In this document: positions 11,791-25,649 of the stretch, piece by piece
How the letters are laid out: the number at the start of each line of letters is the position of its first letter
Position numbering within the stretch: position 1 is the first letter of the stretch
Assembly: GCA_040285855.1 (NCBI GenBank)
Contig: JAUFOQ010000016.1
Location: 1,612,001-1,676,000, forward strand
Origin: Eukaryota sp. GEM-RC1
Lineage: Eukaryota
Direction of reading: 5' to 3'
Length of the DNA stretch: 64,000 bases
The notes under the pieces: model-generated
Databases searched by the model: none
What the model was told of the DNA's origin: nothing
The model's input: the letters and a program-made list of their open reading frames with translations, nothing else
Position numbers and translations under genes: made by a program

Positions 11791-13609
11791 CTATTGTACA
11801 TCTACAATTAAGCTAGGATTCTCATTCACCAAAGAAGTAAGTGAGTTTTGAGAGATTGACACATTATTCAAGCAAAGTTCTTCTAAAGAGGAGAAATACT
11901 GGTCAACAATCAAATCATCTATTTCGACATTAACAAGTTCCATTTTTAACAAATTCGGGCAACATCTGAAAAGTATTTCAAAGGAATTGTTGCTAATTAA
12001 GCTTCCCTTTAGAACAATCGATCTGACATGACTTCCCAAGAAAGTTTCCCAAATAGATACTTCATCTGATGAAATCAAATCACAATCAAAATGGGTCAAA
12101 AAGTTAGAAATCCTAGACGACGCATAGACACTAATCCAATCACGAGCACCACAGTTATAAGTGTCTAACAGATACTCTAGAGATAAAGCGTGAGCGTCAC
12201 AACTCTTTGACAAACACAAAATTCTAAAAGTGTTCGCAAAAACATAAATACATCACACACATTATCATTCATATAATCATACAACTCAATGAACTGGTCA
12301 ATAGGAATCTTCGAGAAAAATGACGTCCTAGCAATGTCCATGAGCTCTACTGTAGACGATCCCCGACTGACAAAAGTGGAAAGTGCAAGAGAGTAAACAG
12401 ATGGCAACTGTAAAGCTTCAGCACCAGTCAAAATATCAAGAAGTTCAGAGTCACCAGACTGCTCAATTGCAGAATCTTGATCAAGTAAGGGCTTGTCTAA
12501 TAGAGTGAACACTCCTTCCAACGATAGAGTGTCAATGTTAGAGAGCTCAATGACGTGATCTTTTTGAGCTAATAGACTGTCCTTGAGAAGATCATACGGT
12601 ACAACGAATTCCTCATCGTCTAGAATCAACGTCACGTCATCAGGAATATGTCGGAAGCTTCGAGCTTGATAGAGATAAGTTGGAAGTTCAGCCAATGAGT
12701 TCATTGGAGAAAGTGCCATATCATCAGAATTAGCAGCATACAAGCGATGAAGTTTCTTAAGAGCAGTCACATTCTTCTTTCCTGTTGGAGATATCGACCA
12801 TTCAGACATTGATACATGAATATTCCTAGGTGTAGTAATCAGAGGAGTAGCAAGAGGGTGTGGATCCATCGGACTGTCTAGTATCAGTTCCTCCTCTGAA
12901 GATCTTGACCTAACTGAGCGAGGTTTGGGGACAGAAGGAAGGGATATAGAGACAGACTTGGGGGTTGAAGGAAGAAGGCTCTTGACAGGGGAGCCTTTGG
13001 GGGAGGATAGGTTGGGGGAACTCGGGAGCTTCTTCTTCTTTTTGATAGTTCTCTTCTTTTTGCGAGTAGATTGGCCGAGACGGGTAAGGCTTTGCTTTGC
13101 AGTACTAGAGAGTTCATCTACAGTGTTAAGAACAGACTCCATTTCTTCAAGGTCATCAAAGCAATCGAGAAACCCATCGACGACATCAACAAGTTCATTA
13201 AAGCTAATGAGAGATTGTCTAATGTAAGGAGTGAAGAGGGTTTTGAAGAGGTCGAGGGAGCTGGAGGTCTCATTTATCATAGATGACTGGATTGACTCAA
13301 ACTGGGGCAGGGGCTTGGAGTAGATCTCAATAAGAGACTCTTTGAACTTCTGACGTGCTTCTTCGAGAACATTGATGGTTTGTTGCTCAAGAAAAGAATG
13401 ACACTTTCCTCGACGATTTCGTCAACAATGTCGATCAGTTCGAGGGCATCAAAGAGACAATGTTCGACTTGCAAGAGATCCTGTATGTCAATAGCTTCCA
13501 CCAGAGAATGTTCAATGATTTCTTCCAGTAAGCATTCACAGAACTCAGAAGGTGTTGGTTCGAATGATATCTGCTCTGTCAGTTCTTCCAGTGAGAGTGA
13601 AAGATCCAT
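11791..13609 (-). CDS. Hypothetical protein with BTB/POZ-like region and C-terminal LRRs (three ORF pieces, two indels)
   Basis: DVTLILDDEEFVV..LLK..ILTGAEALQLPSV resembles BTB; CPNLLKMEL..LEELCLNN resembles F-box-type LRRs; overlapping same-strand ORFs. Confidence 0.55.
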
Positions 13610-13674
13610 GAATAATCGATATCAAGAGGTGTTCCGGTCAAATGACGCCCGAAAAATATTCCAGTTCATTTAAC

Positions 13675-15833
13675 ATGTCCGATGGTCACCCTTCCCATAC
13701 TCCAAAGTTGATTGATGTTGAAGTAATCCATGAATCTGACTCTGATAAATCTGCTTTATCTGAAGATGCCATTGTTTTATCTTCATCACATAAAGATTCT
13801 TCCGATAGTGATTCTTCTTCGGACACCAACTTCTCTTTTCCTCAATCTAAACAAACCGATGTATCTGGAGTTTTCTCCACTCACACTCCTTCCAATGTTC
13901 CTTCTTACCAATCACGTATTGCTCAACTGGAGAATTCAGTTGTTCTTGCCAAAGACCACATCACTAAACTTCGTGAACGTTTAACTAAAGAAAAAAGTCA
14001 AAACTCCACCCTTCGCCAGCTACTGAACAACCAAGACGCAATTGTTCGAGATGCTGCTGAACAGAAGAAAGAAAATCGATCGTACATTACTTTTTCTCGT
14101 ACTAAAAGTCAAAAGGAAGTTCTCACTTTTGGAAAGAGGCGTGCACTTAGGGAAATCGAAGATCTTAAAAAGGCAGTTGCTGAAGACAATGAAGTCTCAA
14201 TCAATATCACGTCATCAAAGAAACCTGAAACTCAGAGTCAACGTTTGGAAAACTTCATTGAATTTTGTTCTAATTTTTTTCCCTTTGTAAATTCTGCAAT
14301 TAATTCCGCTGAGAGTAAGCATGGAACGACATGTTCTTTTCACTTTCGATTCTCCAGATTTATTTTCTTTGTTTTATTCATCAGCATGTGGTTAATGTTA
14401 CCTATTCTGATCAAACAATCAACTGAGCATGGATTTAGACCATTTGAAGGTATTTATCCCAAGTTTTGGCAGTACTCCTTACTTTCAGAGGATAGCTCTC
14501 TGATTGTAGCAAACCTAACCCTGATTACTTACCTATGTACTTTATTCTTTGCAGGTTTTCTGTTTCTTCTATATGGAAAACAATATTACAAACAAAGAGC
14601 TGCCGCCCTTGGAGCGTCTAAAGATTCTCATGTCCTTTCACCCTTGGTTTTTGGTTGGAACTGGAATGAGTGGGAAGCTTCTGAAATTCAAAGAGGGATA
14701 TTGGAGGAGAACTTGCTTACTGTGTTAACTGAGCAAGATGCGAGGAAGAAGATGTTGCAAGAGGTTTTCTCAGGGTTTTGGCTTAAGTTTAGAAGAGGTA
14801 CTGCCAAAGTATTGGTTATTTCCTACGTTTTCATTGCTGCAAGTGTTATTTTATTCGTCATTTTAGAGGAAGAAGCTATTCGGCGGTTCACGGAGTCTCT
14901 TTTCAATGGATTCTTCACTTTCCTCTCTGGATTTGTTTCATCATTAATTCTAGCAACTGTAAATCTACTGTCACCTAGATTGATTTCCTTCAGTATTTGG
15001 CTTGAAAAAACAGCTGACCCAGCAATAAGAAACTCAACTAGAGTCAAAAGACTGTTTATTTTTCGATTAATTAATCTATTAAATATCAGCTATGGATATC
15101 TGCTTTTATTAAACGGCGAGGTCGATCATCCCCGGTTTACTTGTTCTATTGATTTAGTTGGCTATCAACTGACTAATCTGATCTTAATTACTTTTGTTGT
15201 TGAGAAGTTTATGCCTCTTATACTTGGAGTTTTTATGAAATTTTTAAAAAATTCAAATGATGACAATTCTAAAGAGTTTTTGGTTGCCGATGCTGGTCTG
15301 CGTGTTATCTACATCACCGGCCTGTCTTTCTTAGCTTTCCCCTACTCTCCGTTCACTGTATACGTGGCATTTGTTGGCTGTTATCTCACTGTTAGGTGGG
15401 ATTTGTTCTTTTAAATACTTTCCTTCGTAGGCCACGTGATTACTATAGGAAAGAGTCTATTGCATTTGTATTTTCGTTGATATTTCTCGTAATTGTTCTA
15501 TTTTTCGGTGTGAATATTGTGTATTTTTCTGTCTATTTTCAGCCCAAATGTGGTCCATTTGTTGAGCTTAGTCCTCTACTAACTCTAGAAAATCGTCTTG
15601 AAGATTCCCTAGTTGGTCAATCTATTTTAACACTTTTCTTTAATCCACTGGTTCTACTTGTAACATTATTAACTGTATTGTTTCTGCTGATATTATTTTA
15701 TATGATTCAAAGCTTATTCAAATTCAATCTGATCACTCGTACTGATGCAACTAATTCAACAATAGATGCCCTCCGTCACATCATCAAGGTCAAAAATCAA
15801 ATAATAGCTCGTTCGGCTCACTCTCATACTTAA
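13675..15833 (+). CDS. Transmembrane channel-like (TMC) protein (one indel at ~15410)
   Basis: AESKHGTTCSFHFRFSRFIF resembles the TMC IEGxFGT.V.SYF.FLRWL motif; also KEFLVAD, PYSP and PKCGPF; about 10 hydrophobic segments. Alternative ATG at 13642. Confidence 0.8.
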
Positions 15834-15973
15834 CTTTCTGTTTGTAAATATATACTTTTTTGGTTTCATTTTGTTATCTATACACTAGTTTTTTATAACA
15901 GTACGTGTGGTAACAAGCCTTCAGCTGAGTAAGATACAAAAAAATATATTTACAACCGGAAAAAAACAAAATA

Positions 15974-18900
15974 TTAAAATATCCAAAATATGATACGTAA
16001 CAACAAGAGTGCCAAAATGACAACACCAATGATTTTCGCCCACTTAAAGAATCTTCTAAAGTAATATTTAGCATACTTATCCAATCTCCAAGGAGCCCAA
16101 CCTTCTCTTTCTGGATTAGGCAAGTGAGGGAAATCATTAGGTTCAGACCTTCCTTTTCCAGCAGGTTTCATCTCAGCCTCACGGTCAGTCAACAAATGAA
16201 CTTCTACCTGGACCTTGCCCCTATTTCCTTCATACAAAGGATGTCTCATGGGAATCTCCTGTTTGTCTAGAAACATTGAATCTTTAGAACTTCCAGCTGC
16301 TGATACTAACTGTCTCAAGTCAATGTTAACCTCGGCCATATAGTCATTAGGTCGAACAAGTCTAGTATCCCATAACTGAAGACATAAACGAGAAGCTTCA
16401 CCAACACGTGAGGAAAAGGGGAAGACAAAGCGCCAATTAAAGTTACAGTTCCCGCTTGTAGCTCTCCAATGAGTATCAGATCGTTGCATTGCATCCTTAC
16501 CTACCTTTTTCAACAACCTGCTACTTCCGGAAAGTCGAGCAGTTGAATAGAGATCAATCATATCTGATCTACCAAAGGGAACGTTCTTGGTTTTCCACAT
16601 AACCAATCGTAGCTCCCCCTCAACACATGGAGGAGGTTCAAATAAAGGAAGTGGGTCCTTTGAATCAGCTGACAAGAGCTCAATCCAACATCTGATTGAT
16701 CCTTGAGCGACTGTAGATGTTGGAGACCATAAAACACGCTTCTCAACAGGTAGCTTCATTGATTGCGCTAGTTGATTGAATTCCTCTGAAAGTGATCTAA
16801 ATTCGAGATCAAAAATAGTTGATCCGATTAATGAATCTGAGAAAAGTGCATTTTTGTCGTAAACAGATAAGTACAGCTCAGACTCTCCAGGAATCACAGT
16901 GGTAATATCAGTACAGTAATAAAACTCAGGATCATTGGTTTTCTGTTGGAGTTTATCCATGATTTTGAGCTCTTGATTGCCTAGTTTGATGACGGGATAG
17001 GGATCAGATAATCCAGAAGAGGACTTTGGTACCAACTTTGCACAATCCATCATAAAGATACGGCACTTAATCTCTCTACTCTTGTAAACTTCTTCTAAAT
17101 TCCTATTCTTCAACTCACTCTTACAACTTACTAATCGAATCTTTCCTTTAAACACACCCTTCTTACCAAAAGAAGGTGCCATCAATCCAAATAGAGACTT
17201 TCCAGCCTTCCCTGTTCGAAGATCCCAGTAATCAAAAGGAGTGTCATTGAGATAGTCAGAATCTTCGAGTTCTGTAGTTAGTTGCTTTCTACCATCCAAG
17301 ATAGACCCCGCACCTTCACCAAAGGTTTCAGTTTTGAGTGAAAGAGCTGATTCAGGAACAGGGGGGAGTGATTTGTCGTTTTTGGAAGGTGGTGTCGTGA
17401 TGTAAACCTGACTGCCAATGATGACGTTCGATGAAACTGATGGTTGATTGAGCTTAGGTGGTCGAGTCATTGACATTGCAACCTGGGTGGTGGTTTCAGG
17501 CAATGCTTCAAAATCTTCAATATAAACCAAATAATCCTTCTTCTGAACTTCTTCCTCTTCATCATCAAGTTCAACTACATCATTGGTCCTCATTGGAGTT
17601 GTAGAAGCTGTATTAGATTCAGTCAAGGAAACAGAACAAGTTCCTAATAGTTTTCCCTTTGTTCCAGCAATGTTCTTGAATTGGGTGACTTTGTAGGCTC
17701 GAATTTCAACTGATGGACACCATTCTGGAATATCGGGAACTTTGACGGGGAAATTGAAATTTTTCAAAATATTTGGATTGAAGGGGGTCGGTGTCTTGGT
17801 TGGAGACGTGACAAAAACGTTCCAATATGAGTCGCCTAGCTTTTCGTTTGTCTGATTTGCAACATTTAAAAACTTCTCAATTTTTGGATATCGGAATTGT
17901 ACATAGGACGCTTTGGCTATATCTAAATCACGAAGACCGATAGCATCAATTTCAATAATTTTGTCTACTAATTTAAAATCACAAGCTGATATTGATCGCT
18001 TAGGCTTTTCGACCGTTTCAATAGGTCTCATATCAATTGAAACTAACAACCTTCCAAATTCAGGAGAATCATCAACTGTATGATCAAATTTGATTGGCAA
18101 CCAATGGTAAGTATCAGCCTTGTTAGCAAACAATGATTCAATATCAACAATAGCCATACCTAAATCATCATCTGATCCCACATTATTATAGTCCATCAAT
18201 TCAAAAACCAACTTAGGAAGTGGTACTGGAGGAATGTTCAATCCAATCTCAGTATCAAACCGTTGAAACCAGACAGGATTTAAAGATTCTTCAACAATGT
18301 TAGTTCTAGCTGAATAAGGTCCACATCGAATCATTACATAAGGATCAGATGTACCGCTTCTATCCATGGGCAACAGACTCTCCGCTCGAATTACGGAGAG
18401 GCTCATGGAGTACCATTGGACTGGGTAAGGAACTTGACGGGGGATGTTAGATAGAACCACAGTGTCAGAAGGAACAATGACTACTTTGAGAAGCAAGGAT
18501 CCGGTGTTGCTGAATAAAGAGTACCATTGAGGGTACCATTCATCAAAGTCTTGGTATTTCTCTTGAATCACGTCAGCGGCTTTAATTCTGACAGATCCAT
18601 GTTCTGAGTCTCGGAATGCTTTCTTAGTTACAGTTACAACTATATCGGGTAGCTGGAGATTATCTATGGGCATTGTTTGAATTAATTCACCCATTAAATG
18701 ATAGGGTCTCGCAAACCCACTGTCCGGTTTCAAATTCAAATCCTTCGAAGTTTTACCACCAAAGTTAGCTGCAATGGAGCATTTGTCTGGTAGCTCAGCA
18801 ACTTCACAGACAGAAATCAAAGCTGACCACTGTGTATTGTTGAGTTCTGGAGCAGCATCAATGCGATTGGTAGTAGGTCCTGCTTGAAGATCATCCATGG

Positions 18901-19928
18901 AACAAGAGTCTATTGAAATAGCTAGAAATACGGACCCTCTGTAATGATTGGTTTTCTGGGAGTAGATGTGGTACCACTGGGGTTTAAGTGGCTGAGCAAC
19001 GATTGAAGAGAATGAAAAGTTGAGGTTGCCAATGAGTTTCTTACCAGTGATGTTTTTGTTGTAAAAGGCAAGTGATACGTGATCAGTCATTGTGGGAGTC
19101 AGAGCAGGAAGAGAGACGAGCTCATTCCAAACAGGATGAAGTGATTGATTAACGACTGATGATTTGACCTTTGATCCAGAAAAGGAAAGTAGTAAATAAG
19201 GATCACATGTACCAAATCTGTCAAGTTTAGGAAATTGTCTTCCTTTGAACAATCTGATATTAATACGATAAGGAAGAACTTCCATTCCTGGAGGTCGGAT
19301 GATGTTATCAACCAATTGATTGGCAGACGAACCACTCCCATTACCTGAGCTAAGATCCTCATCTATAGGAAGAGACTCCCCAGGGAGAATAACGGCAGCT
19401 GAGACTCGAAGGAATCCCTGAGATCCAGGGCCTATTGAAGGAGCAGCAAGAGCGATCCAACGTCCAATGAAGGCGCGGTTGGGTTCGGCTCGAATTCTAG
19501 TAAGAGAGAATTCAAAGGATCCGATAAGAACATCCTTAAAAGGGGGAGGAGGCATCAAGGACTTCTAGGAGTAGCCTTGTTTCAGAGAGTTCAGTGGTAG
19601 AAAGTCTAGCAGGGAGGAAGAGGGTTCGATCCCAGACTGGTGAGTTCTCTTTCTTCATCTTGTCGGTGTATTTGATTTGAGAGTTGCGAGGAGACACAAG
19701 AGTGACACGGACAATGGGATCACCACAGGATGAGTTTGCCCGGCCATGGAGATCTCTACCTTCAAAGATGTGGACATAAGTTAAGACTTCAGTGCGATTA
19801 GTTGTGTCTTCTTCTTGGGCAATGTTACGGAAAGAAACTGCCATGAGTTCATCTACATCTTCAGGAAGTTCTTCTTCCTCAAATGGTTGTTCCTCATATA
19901 GTTCAACGTCATCATCTGAAAGTGACAT
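15974..19928 (-). CDS. Ferlin-family multi-C2-domain tail-anchored protein (one indel at ~19540)
   Basis: Several C2 domains (DRFGTCDPY, DRSGTSDPY, GLSDPY); ferlin C-terminal SDTHWR..NFNWRFVFPF and GKGRSEPN..P.LP.P.R; C-terminal TM helix. Confidence 0.9.
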
Positions 19929-19954
19929 GGAAAACGAATTTTGACGTTTTCAAA

Positions 19955-20647
19955 CATACCTGACCGGTTGAACAAAATACAAATACAAAAATACAAAAAT
20001 ACAGATACAGATAAAAATCCAAAAATACAAATGTAATGACAGCGAGCTGCTTTTTGAACACTCCAGTCGTGCCAACTCTCTGGTATTCTTCCAACCTTTA
20101 CATTGTAAAAGATGACTCGACCATCTGGACGAATTGCTCTTTGGAAAAATGCTACCACATTCCCCGCACCAAATGTCCATGTTGATCGATGAAGTTTTAT
20201 TACTTACACGACACATTTGCTGCATTGGGTTTGACGAATTGACAGAATTGATGCTAAAGTACTCGGGGTAAGAAAGGTCTGGTGAAGTCTCAAAGACGAC
20301 AAAAGGACAAGTTGTCATGAGATAGAAGTGGAACAAAATGACACACAATACCACACGCATTGTTTCATAGAATGTGACAACACTACATAGATATAGTTTA
20401 TCAATGTATAGTTCAATCTATCTTGGTTAGTATCAAGTTTTTATTGACTTCATTAAATCCCATCAAGAAAAATTATATATAAAAGAACTATAAGTACATA
20501 AAAAAAGGTATTTTTACAGGTGAGTAGTGAGAAAAAATAATCGTAAAAAATACAGTATTTTAATACACAAAAATAAAATTTACAAATACACAAATACACG
20601 AAATACAAAAATACAGAAAATACAGAAAAGTGTATTTTCCAGGTATG
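19955..20647 (-). mobile_element. Internally deleted hAT element with BED-finger-like remnant
   Basis: Ends CATACCTG/CAGGTATG; TSD TTTTCAAA at 19947-19954 and 20648-20655; AATACA repeats; minus-strand WCGECG..SRWSSHLLQC. Confidence 0.85.
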
Positions 20648-20655
20648 TTTTCAAA

Positions 20656-22243
20656 CATAGATGGGAAATACAGAATACATGTATTCTGTGTATTTTGTAT
20701 TTTGTATTGTATTGTATTAATACAAAGCCCTTATTTGTATTTTTTTTGGTTTTTTTAATATCAGCATTTAGTGATTACTATTTAGTCTTATTCATTCTAT
20801 CTATTTGCATATTCAATGTAGATTCACGTGATAAAAATACCGCTTGAGTACCAAATACAATGTTTCTTCTGCAAAAGTACGTACAAATGAAAGTATGAAG
20901 TGTGTGTTCAGGAAATTCCAATTCATCCAATTATGTTCAGGAATGTAAAATAAATAATTATATTGTTCAATAACAATATATATATTTATTGTTATCTTAT
21001 TGTGACACTCTCTCCCCACAATATACGATATATTTCAATAAGATAAGATAATTCAAGAACATTCATTTTCTTTCTGTAACCTGATTTTATCTTGATGTCA
21101 ATTTAGAATAAAGTAGAATTGTGTTGAAGCATTTGAACTCCAAAGTAACAGAGAGCATGCAGTCACTGTGGATGAAATAAAAGATTGAACAAACGTAAAC
21201 AGCAACGAACTAATCAAGATCTAAAATGTATAGATTAATATTGTATATTTGTAACTAGATATGAATATGGGATGTTCATAGTTTTGTAGGAAAGTTACCT
21301 TATTGGGTACCGATTAAAGCTTCGACATCTGGTATGCTTTTCAGTAGAGCTAAGAAGGACTTCAGGAAACACTAAACCAAATCTGAACTCAAAAGCGTTA
21401 GGAAAGCAACTGTTCTTGTTGTTGCTCTATGGGATCAAATTTCTATTGGAAAATTTTAATAAAGTCCAAGTTCTTGTTAGTGATTTGTTACTGTCGTTAT
21501 TGAAGATATATTTATTGCTTTGACCCAAGATAACCAATAAATAAGATAAGATATCATTCCACAATACATTTACTGTTGAATGTCAGAACAACAACAAGAC
21601 AACAATAAGACTTTTTACATTGTCGATTATGTTATGACTTCTACTGATTCAAAAACACTTGCATCCTCTCCCATTATACTGTTTACATCTCAACTGCGCG
21701 GATATCAGCGCAACAACTTAATCTCCGACAACCTCCTATAGAACAGGTGCTCGTTGAAATGGTGAGTCAAGGGGCATGGTATATATTTCTCTTCAATTTT
21801 TCTGAAAAATATGGGGAGAAACTTCACTTAGTGGCTTGTTTAAATACACTTGTTTACAAACACCGACTGTAATCACATCAAAGACCTTAAAAGTTGAATC
21901 TACCAGTAGATGAAGCTGTATACTTTTAGTTCATTTTTATCTTGAGTGCTCACCCACTCTCTATCATAGTATTTGGTTTTTGTTGAGTTTCTATAGTATA
22001 AAAACAGTATAAAAACTACTTTGAGCGTCAAAACGATGAAACGTATAAAGTTTTTCGCACTACCACTTCATAGTATACTTGATTATTTTCAATGGTCGTA
22101 TCAAAGTAACACATATGTTTCCACCTGAAATACAATCGAAATACACTCACGTGATAGAAATAGTGTATTTGTATTCGTTGTATTTGTATCTGTATTTGTA
22201 TTTGTATTAATACAGAGGCATGAAGTTGTATTTCCCATCTATG
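20656..22243 (+). mobile_element. Decayed hAT element, 1588 bp
   Basis: 17-bp TIR CATAGATGGGAAATACA/TGTATTTCCCATCTATG; TSD TTTTCAAA at 20648-20655 and 22244-22251; WVPIKASTSGMLFSRAK near 21303-21355 resembles the hAT dimerisation motif. Confidence 0.9.
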
Positions 22244-22246
22244 TTT

Positions 22247-22483
22247 TCAAACGTCATATTTGTTAACTATCAATACAACACAACACAATACGGGATACGA
22301 TTTATAAACCAAAAGGATCATAGTACAAAGACTATTCTTCAGCTCGATGCTTCGCCTTTTCTGTTTGTTCTTGACTACGGTGTTTTCCGCGTTGACCAGC
22401 TTCTTCAGTCTTGTGCTGGGTTTTATGCGTGGCTTCCTGGGTTCGATGAGTGACCTTTTGGCTGCTCGCTTTACTTTGTCCAT
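22247..22483 (-). CDS. Small basic hypothetical protein
   Basis: K/R-rich 78-aa ATG-initiated ORF; no recognisable domain. Confidence 0.3.
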   Translation of the reverse strand: MDKVKRAAKRSLIEPRKPRIKPSTRLKKLVNAENTVVKNKQKRRSIELKNSLCTMILLVYKSYPVLCCVVLIVNKYDV

Positions 22484-22613
22484 TCTTGAGAAGAGAGAGA
22501 ATGGTTCGTATCACTTTTGATTGATGTTAAGTACTAGAGGATATCTGTTTCACTGTAGGTGTAAACCATATTCGAAAAAACAGTTAGACAAGATGTCAGA
22601 TGAAGAACACGAT

Positions 22614-22919
22614 CTATTTAGTGACCAGAGGTAAGAGATATCCCTCATCCACAAGATCTTGAAGTTTATCAAGTCCACCAATAATCTCACCATCAACAGC
22701 GAATGCAGGCAGAAATTTGATGGTACCACCCCAGTATTCCTTCAGACGTTCAGCCTCCTCTGGATACAAAGTAAGATCATATTCGCGGAAAGGAATAAAC
22801 AAAGACTCCATTAACAACCGCATATTGCAACATTGTGATAACTTACCAGAAACAACGGACAAGGAAGTTGTATACAGAGTGATTTCCTTAAAGTCAAGGG
22901 GGCGAGAGAGAAAAGACAT
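22614..22919 (-). CDS. Glutaredoxin-like protein (GRXCR/SH3BGR-type, no CxxC)
   Basis: ITLYTTSL..C.NMRLLMES..LPAFAVDGEIIGGLD.L..L.DEG.L matches the GRX-like family pattern. Confidence 0.75.
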   Translation of the reverse strand: MSFLSRPLDFKEITLYTTSLSVVSGKLSQCCNMRLLMESLFIPFREYDLTLYPEEAERLKEYWGGTIKFLPAFAVDGEIIGGLDKLQDLVDEGYLLPLVTK

Positions 22920-22956
22920 CAAGATTTCAAGGACCTTTTTCAAGACCTCTTTTCAG

Positions 22957-25387
22957 ATGAAACATCTAGTCGTGTTTCTTATTTCCGTTTTAGCGGCGTT
23001 GTATTGTAATTGTCAAAGTGTGCTCTTGGTGTATACAACAGATGGCTACTTATACGGAATTGATCCATTGCAAGGATCTGTTCTGTGGTCGTATTTTACT
23101 TCGTACCCATCTGCTTCATCTGATTCATCGGGTCTTTTCATCCACAGGGGCGGCTGTAGTGCCTTCCCCTGATGGCTCTCTTTATCTTTCCTTGAATTCC
23201 GGATCACTTTCCAAAATCCCTACTTCAATAGGTGATCTTGCCAATTACGCTTCTTCATCCTCATCTACTGATGGTACAACATTGGTCTTTTCCAATTCTG
23301 TTACAAATCTGCTTCGAATGGAACTCTACTCAGGTGAAGCTCTCTTCCACTGTCCCATCAATGCTTTACCAGCTCTCAGACCAGGAGCTTCTTCGAGTCC
23401 CTCTAAAACTTCTGATGTTGCTTTCCACCTCCCCCCATCCTCACTCCCTGTCTTAACAACTTTCACCAACACCCATGTTACTGTTGTTGATTCAGTCTCA
23501 TCTTCCTTTCTCTGGAACGTAACTCTCGCTTCCTTCTCCTCTCCTTCTGCAGTCTCTGTTTCCTGTATCAATCCTCACTCTCCTCGCATCTCTGGCAACC
23601 TGACCAAATCCACTCGTGATTTGCTTCATAGCTTCAGCTTTCTTCTATGTCATTTGAAAGTTGATGTTGAAGGAAGTCTATACTTATCTATAAGGAAACA
23701 ACTTCGATGGAAACGTCAACTTGATTCACCCGTAGTCAAGATGATGTTAATCACTGATCCTTATGACGTGTTGATTGACAGTTCTGAGCCTTTAGTCTTG
23801 ACTGTTGAAGACCCTTTGGTTTACTACTACAACAACTCCAGAGTCTGTACCGCTACCCCCACCACTTCCTCCTATGTCTACCTCTACCAATCATCTTCTT
23901 CTCTACTAGCCCTTCCTTTGTCCCCTACCCTCTCTTGCTCTCCTCCTGATAGTATCTACTCGAAGTCTCCACTTCCAGGACTCTATGAATTGACTGGACT
24001 TGACGGCAATCTTGCTTTTGACAGCCATCCCCCCGGTCTACCCCGGGGTATTCACGATCAACAACTAGAGCCTGATCCTTTCATTTCAAATTACAAACTC
24101 TTCGTCATTTCTTTTATCATCATCTTTTTGTCTGTTATCGGGTTTGTCCTTCTTCATTTCTACCTGCTTAAACGTCAACCTTCCTCTTTCACTCTCTCTG
24201 TTAGTCATGACGAAGTTCTTGGTCACGGAAGCTGTGGTACAACCATTTTCAAAGGAGAACTCGCTGATGGTCGAGTAGTAGCTATCAAACGCCTTCTTCA
24301 CACCTTCTTTGAGCTCGCTACTTCTGAGATCAACGCTCTCCTCTCTTCAGATTCTCACCCTAATATTGTTTCATACTATGGTTTCATGAAGAAAGGGGAA
24401 TTCGTCTACCTAGCTCTGGAACTATGTGAGTCAAATTTAGCTGATTTCTTCAAGAAAAACCCAGACCTTCCTGTTAGAGAGCGTGTTAAGTTGGCTTTTG
24501 ATATCATTAAGGGTCTATACCACTTACATTCTTTGAACATTGTTCATCGTGATTTAAAACCCTCCAACATTCTTCTGTCTAAGTCAGTTACAGTTAACAA
24601 GTATTCTGCCAAGTTGTCAGACATGGGACTATCGCGGCCTATTAACCCTGATGAATCTCACTTTTCTACTGTTTTTAGTAATGGTGGTAGTGAAGGATGG
24701 AGAGCTCCTGAAGTAATTGAAAGTACTGGTTCTAAAGCTAGGTTTACTAAAGCTGTTGATGTCTTTGGTTTTGGTTGTCTCCTTCATTACATTCTAACTG
24801 GAAGTCACCCATTTGGAAAGCCTCATCATCGAGAATACAACATTACTGAGGGACTAGTTGATATATCAACCACAATCGATCCATTGGCTGCTAATTTGAT
24901 AAGAAAATGTCTCTATAAGAATCCCTGTAATAGGCCTGATACTAAGGTTTTACTCATTCATCCTTTCTTTTGGGACGAGTACAAAACTCTCAACTTTCTA
25001 CTTGATGTTTCTGATAGAGTTGAGTCTGAAGACAGTTTCTCTCCAATTGTGCGTTCTTTAGAGACTTATGCTACCAATATCCTTGGGAGAGATTGGATCG
25101 CTACGTTGGATCAGTCCTTCATTGATCAGTTAGGTAGGTTTAGGAAGTACAATGCTAGGAGTGTTCGGGATTTGCTTCGTGTTATTCGTAATAAGAAACA
25201 TCATTATAGAGATTTACCTGAGGATGTCCGGGATTTAGTTGGACCACTCCCAGGTGGTTATTTAAGGTATTTTAGTACTCGTTTTCCTTCACTTGTTTCT
25301 TGTTGTTTTGATTTTGTCTGCAATTTTCTAGCTGAAGATCCAATGTTTGAACATTATTTAGGCTCACGGCATTATTTAGGTGTTTAA
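22957..25387 (+). CDS. IRE1: IRE1 ER-stress kinase/endoribonuclease (one indel near 23140)
   Basis: Signal peptide; luminal T.DG.LYGID..G..LW; TM helix; LGHGSCGT, VAIKRL, SDSHPNIV, HRDLKPSN, SDMGL, GWRAPE; KEN domain SVRDLLRVIRNKKHHY. Confidence 0.95.
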
Positions 25388-25649
25388 TACTTTAATGTTT
25401 CCTTTGATATGGAATAGTGTGTGCTGTTTTTTGTACTTTGAAATGATATTGTTAACACTTTTCAATAAATTCTTTTCTTTTACACTGCTTTATTTTCAGG
25501 TAATGTTGGTCAATGAAGGATATTGTTATGCTACATATTCTCAAATTGATCCTATAATTCAATTGGAAAATTACTCTAATGCTAATGCTATCAAAAATTA
25601 TTGTTCATTGACAATTTTTAAAAAAATATACATAGGGTTTAGGAAATAG

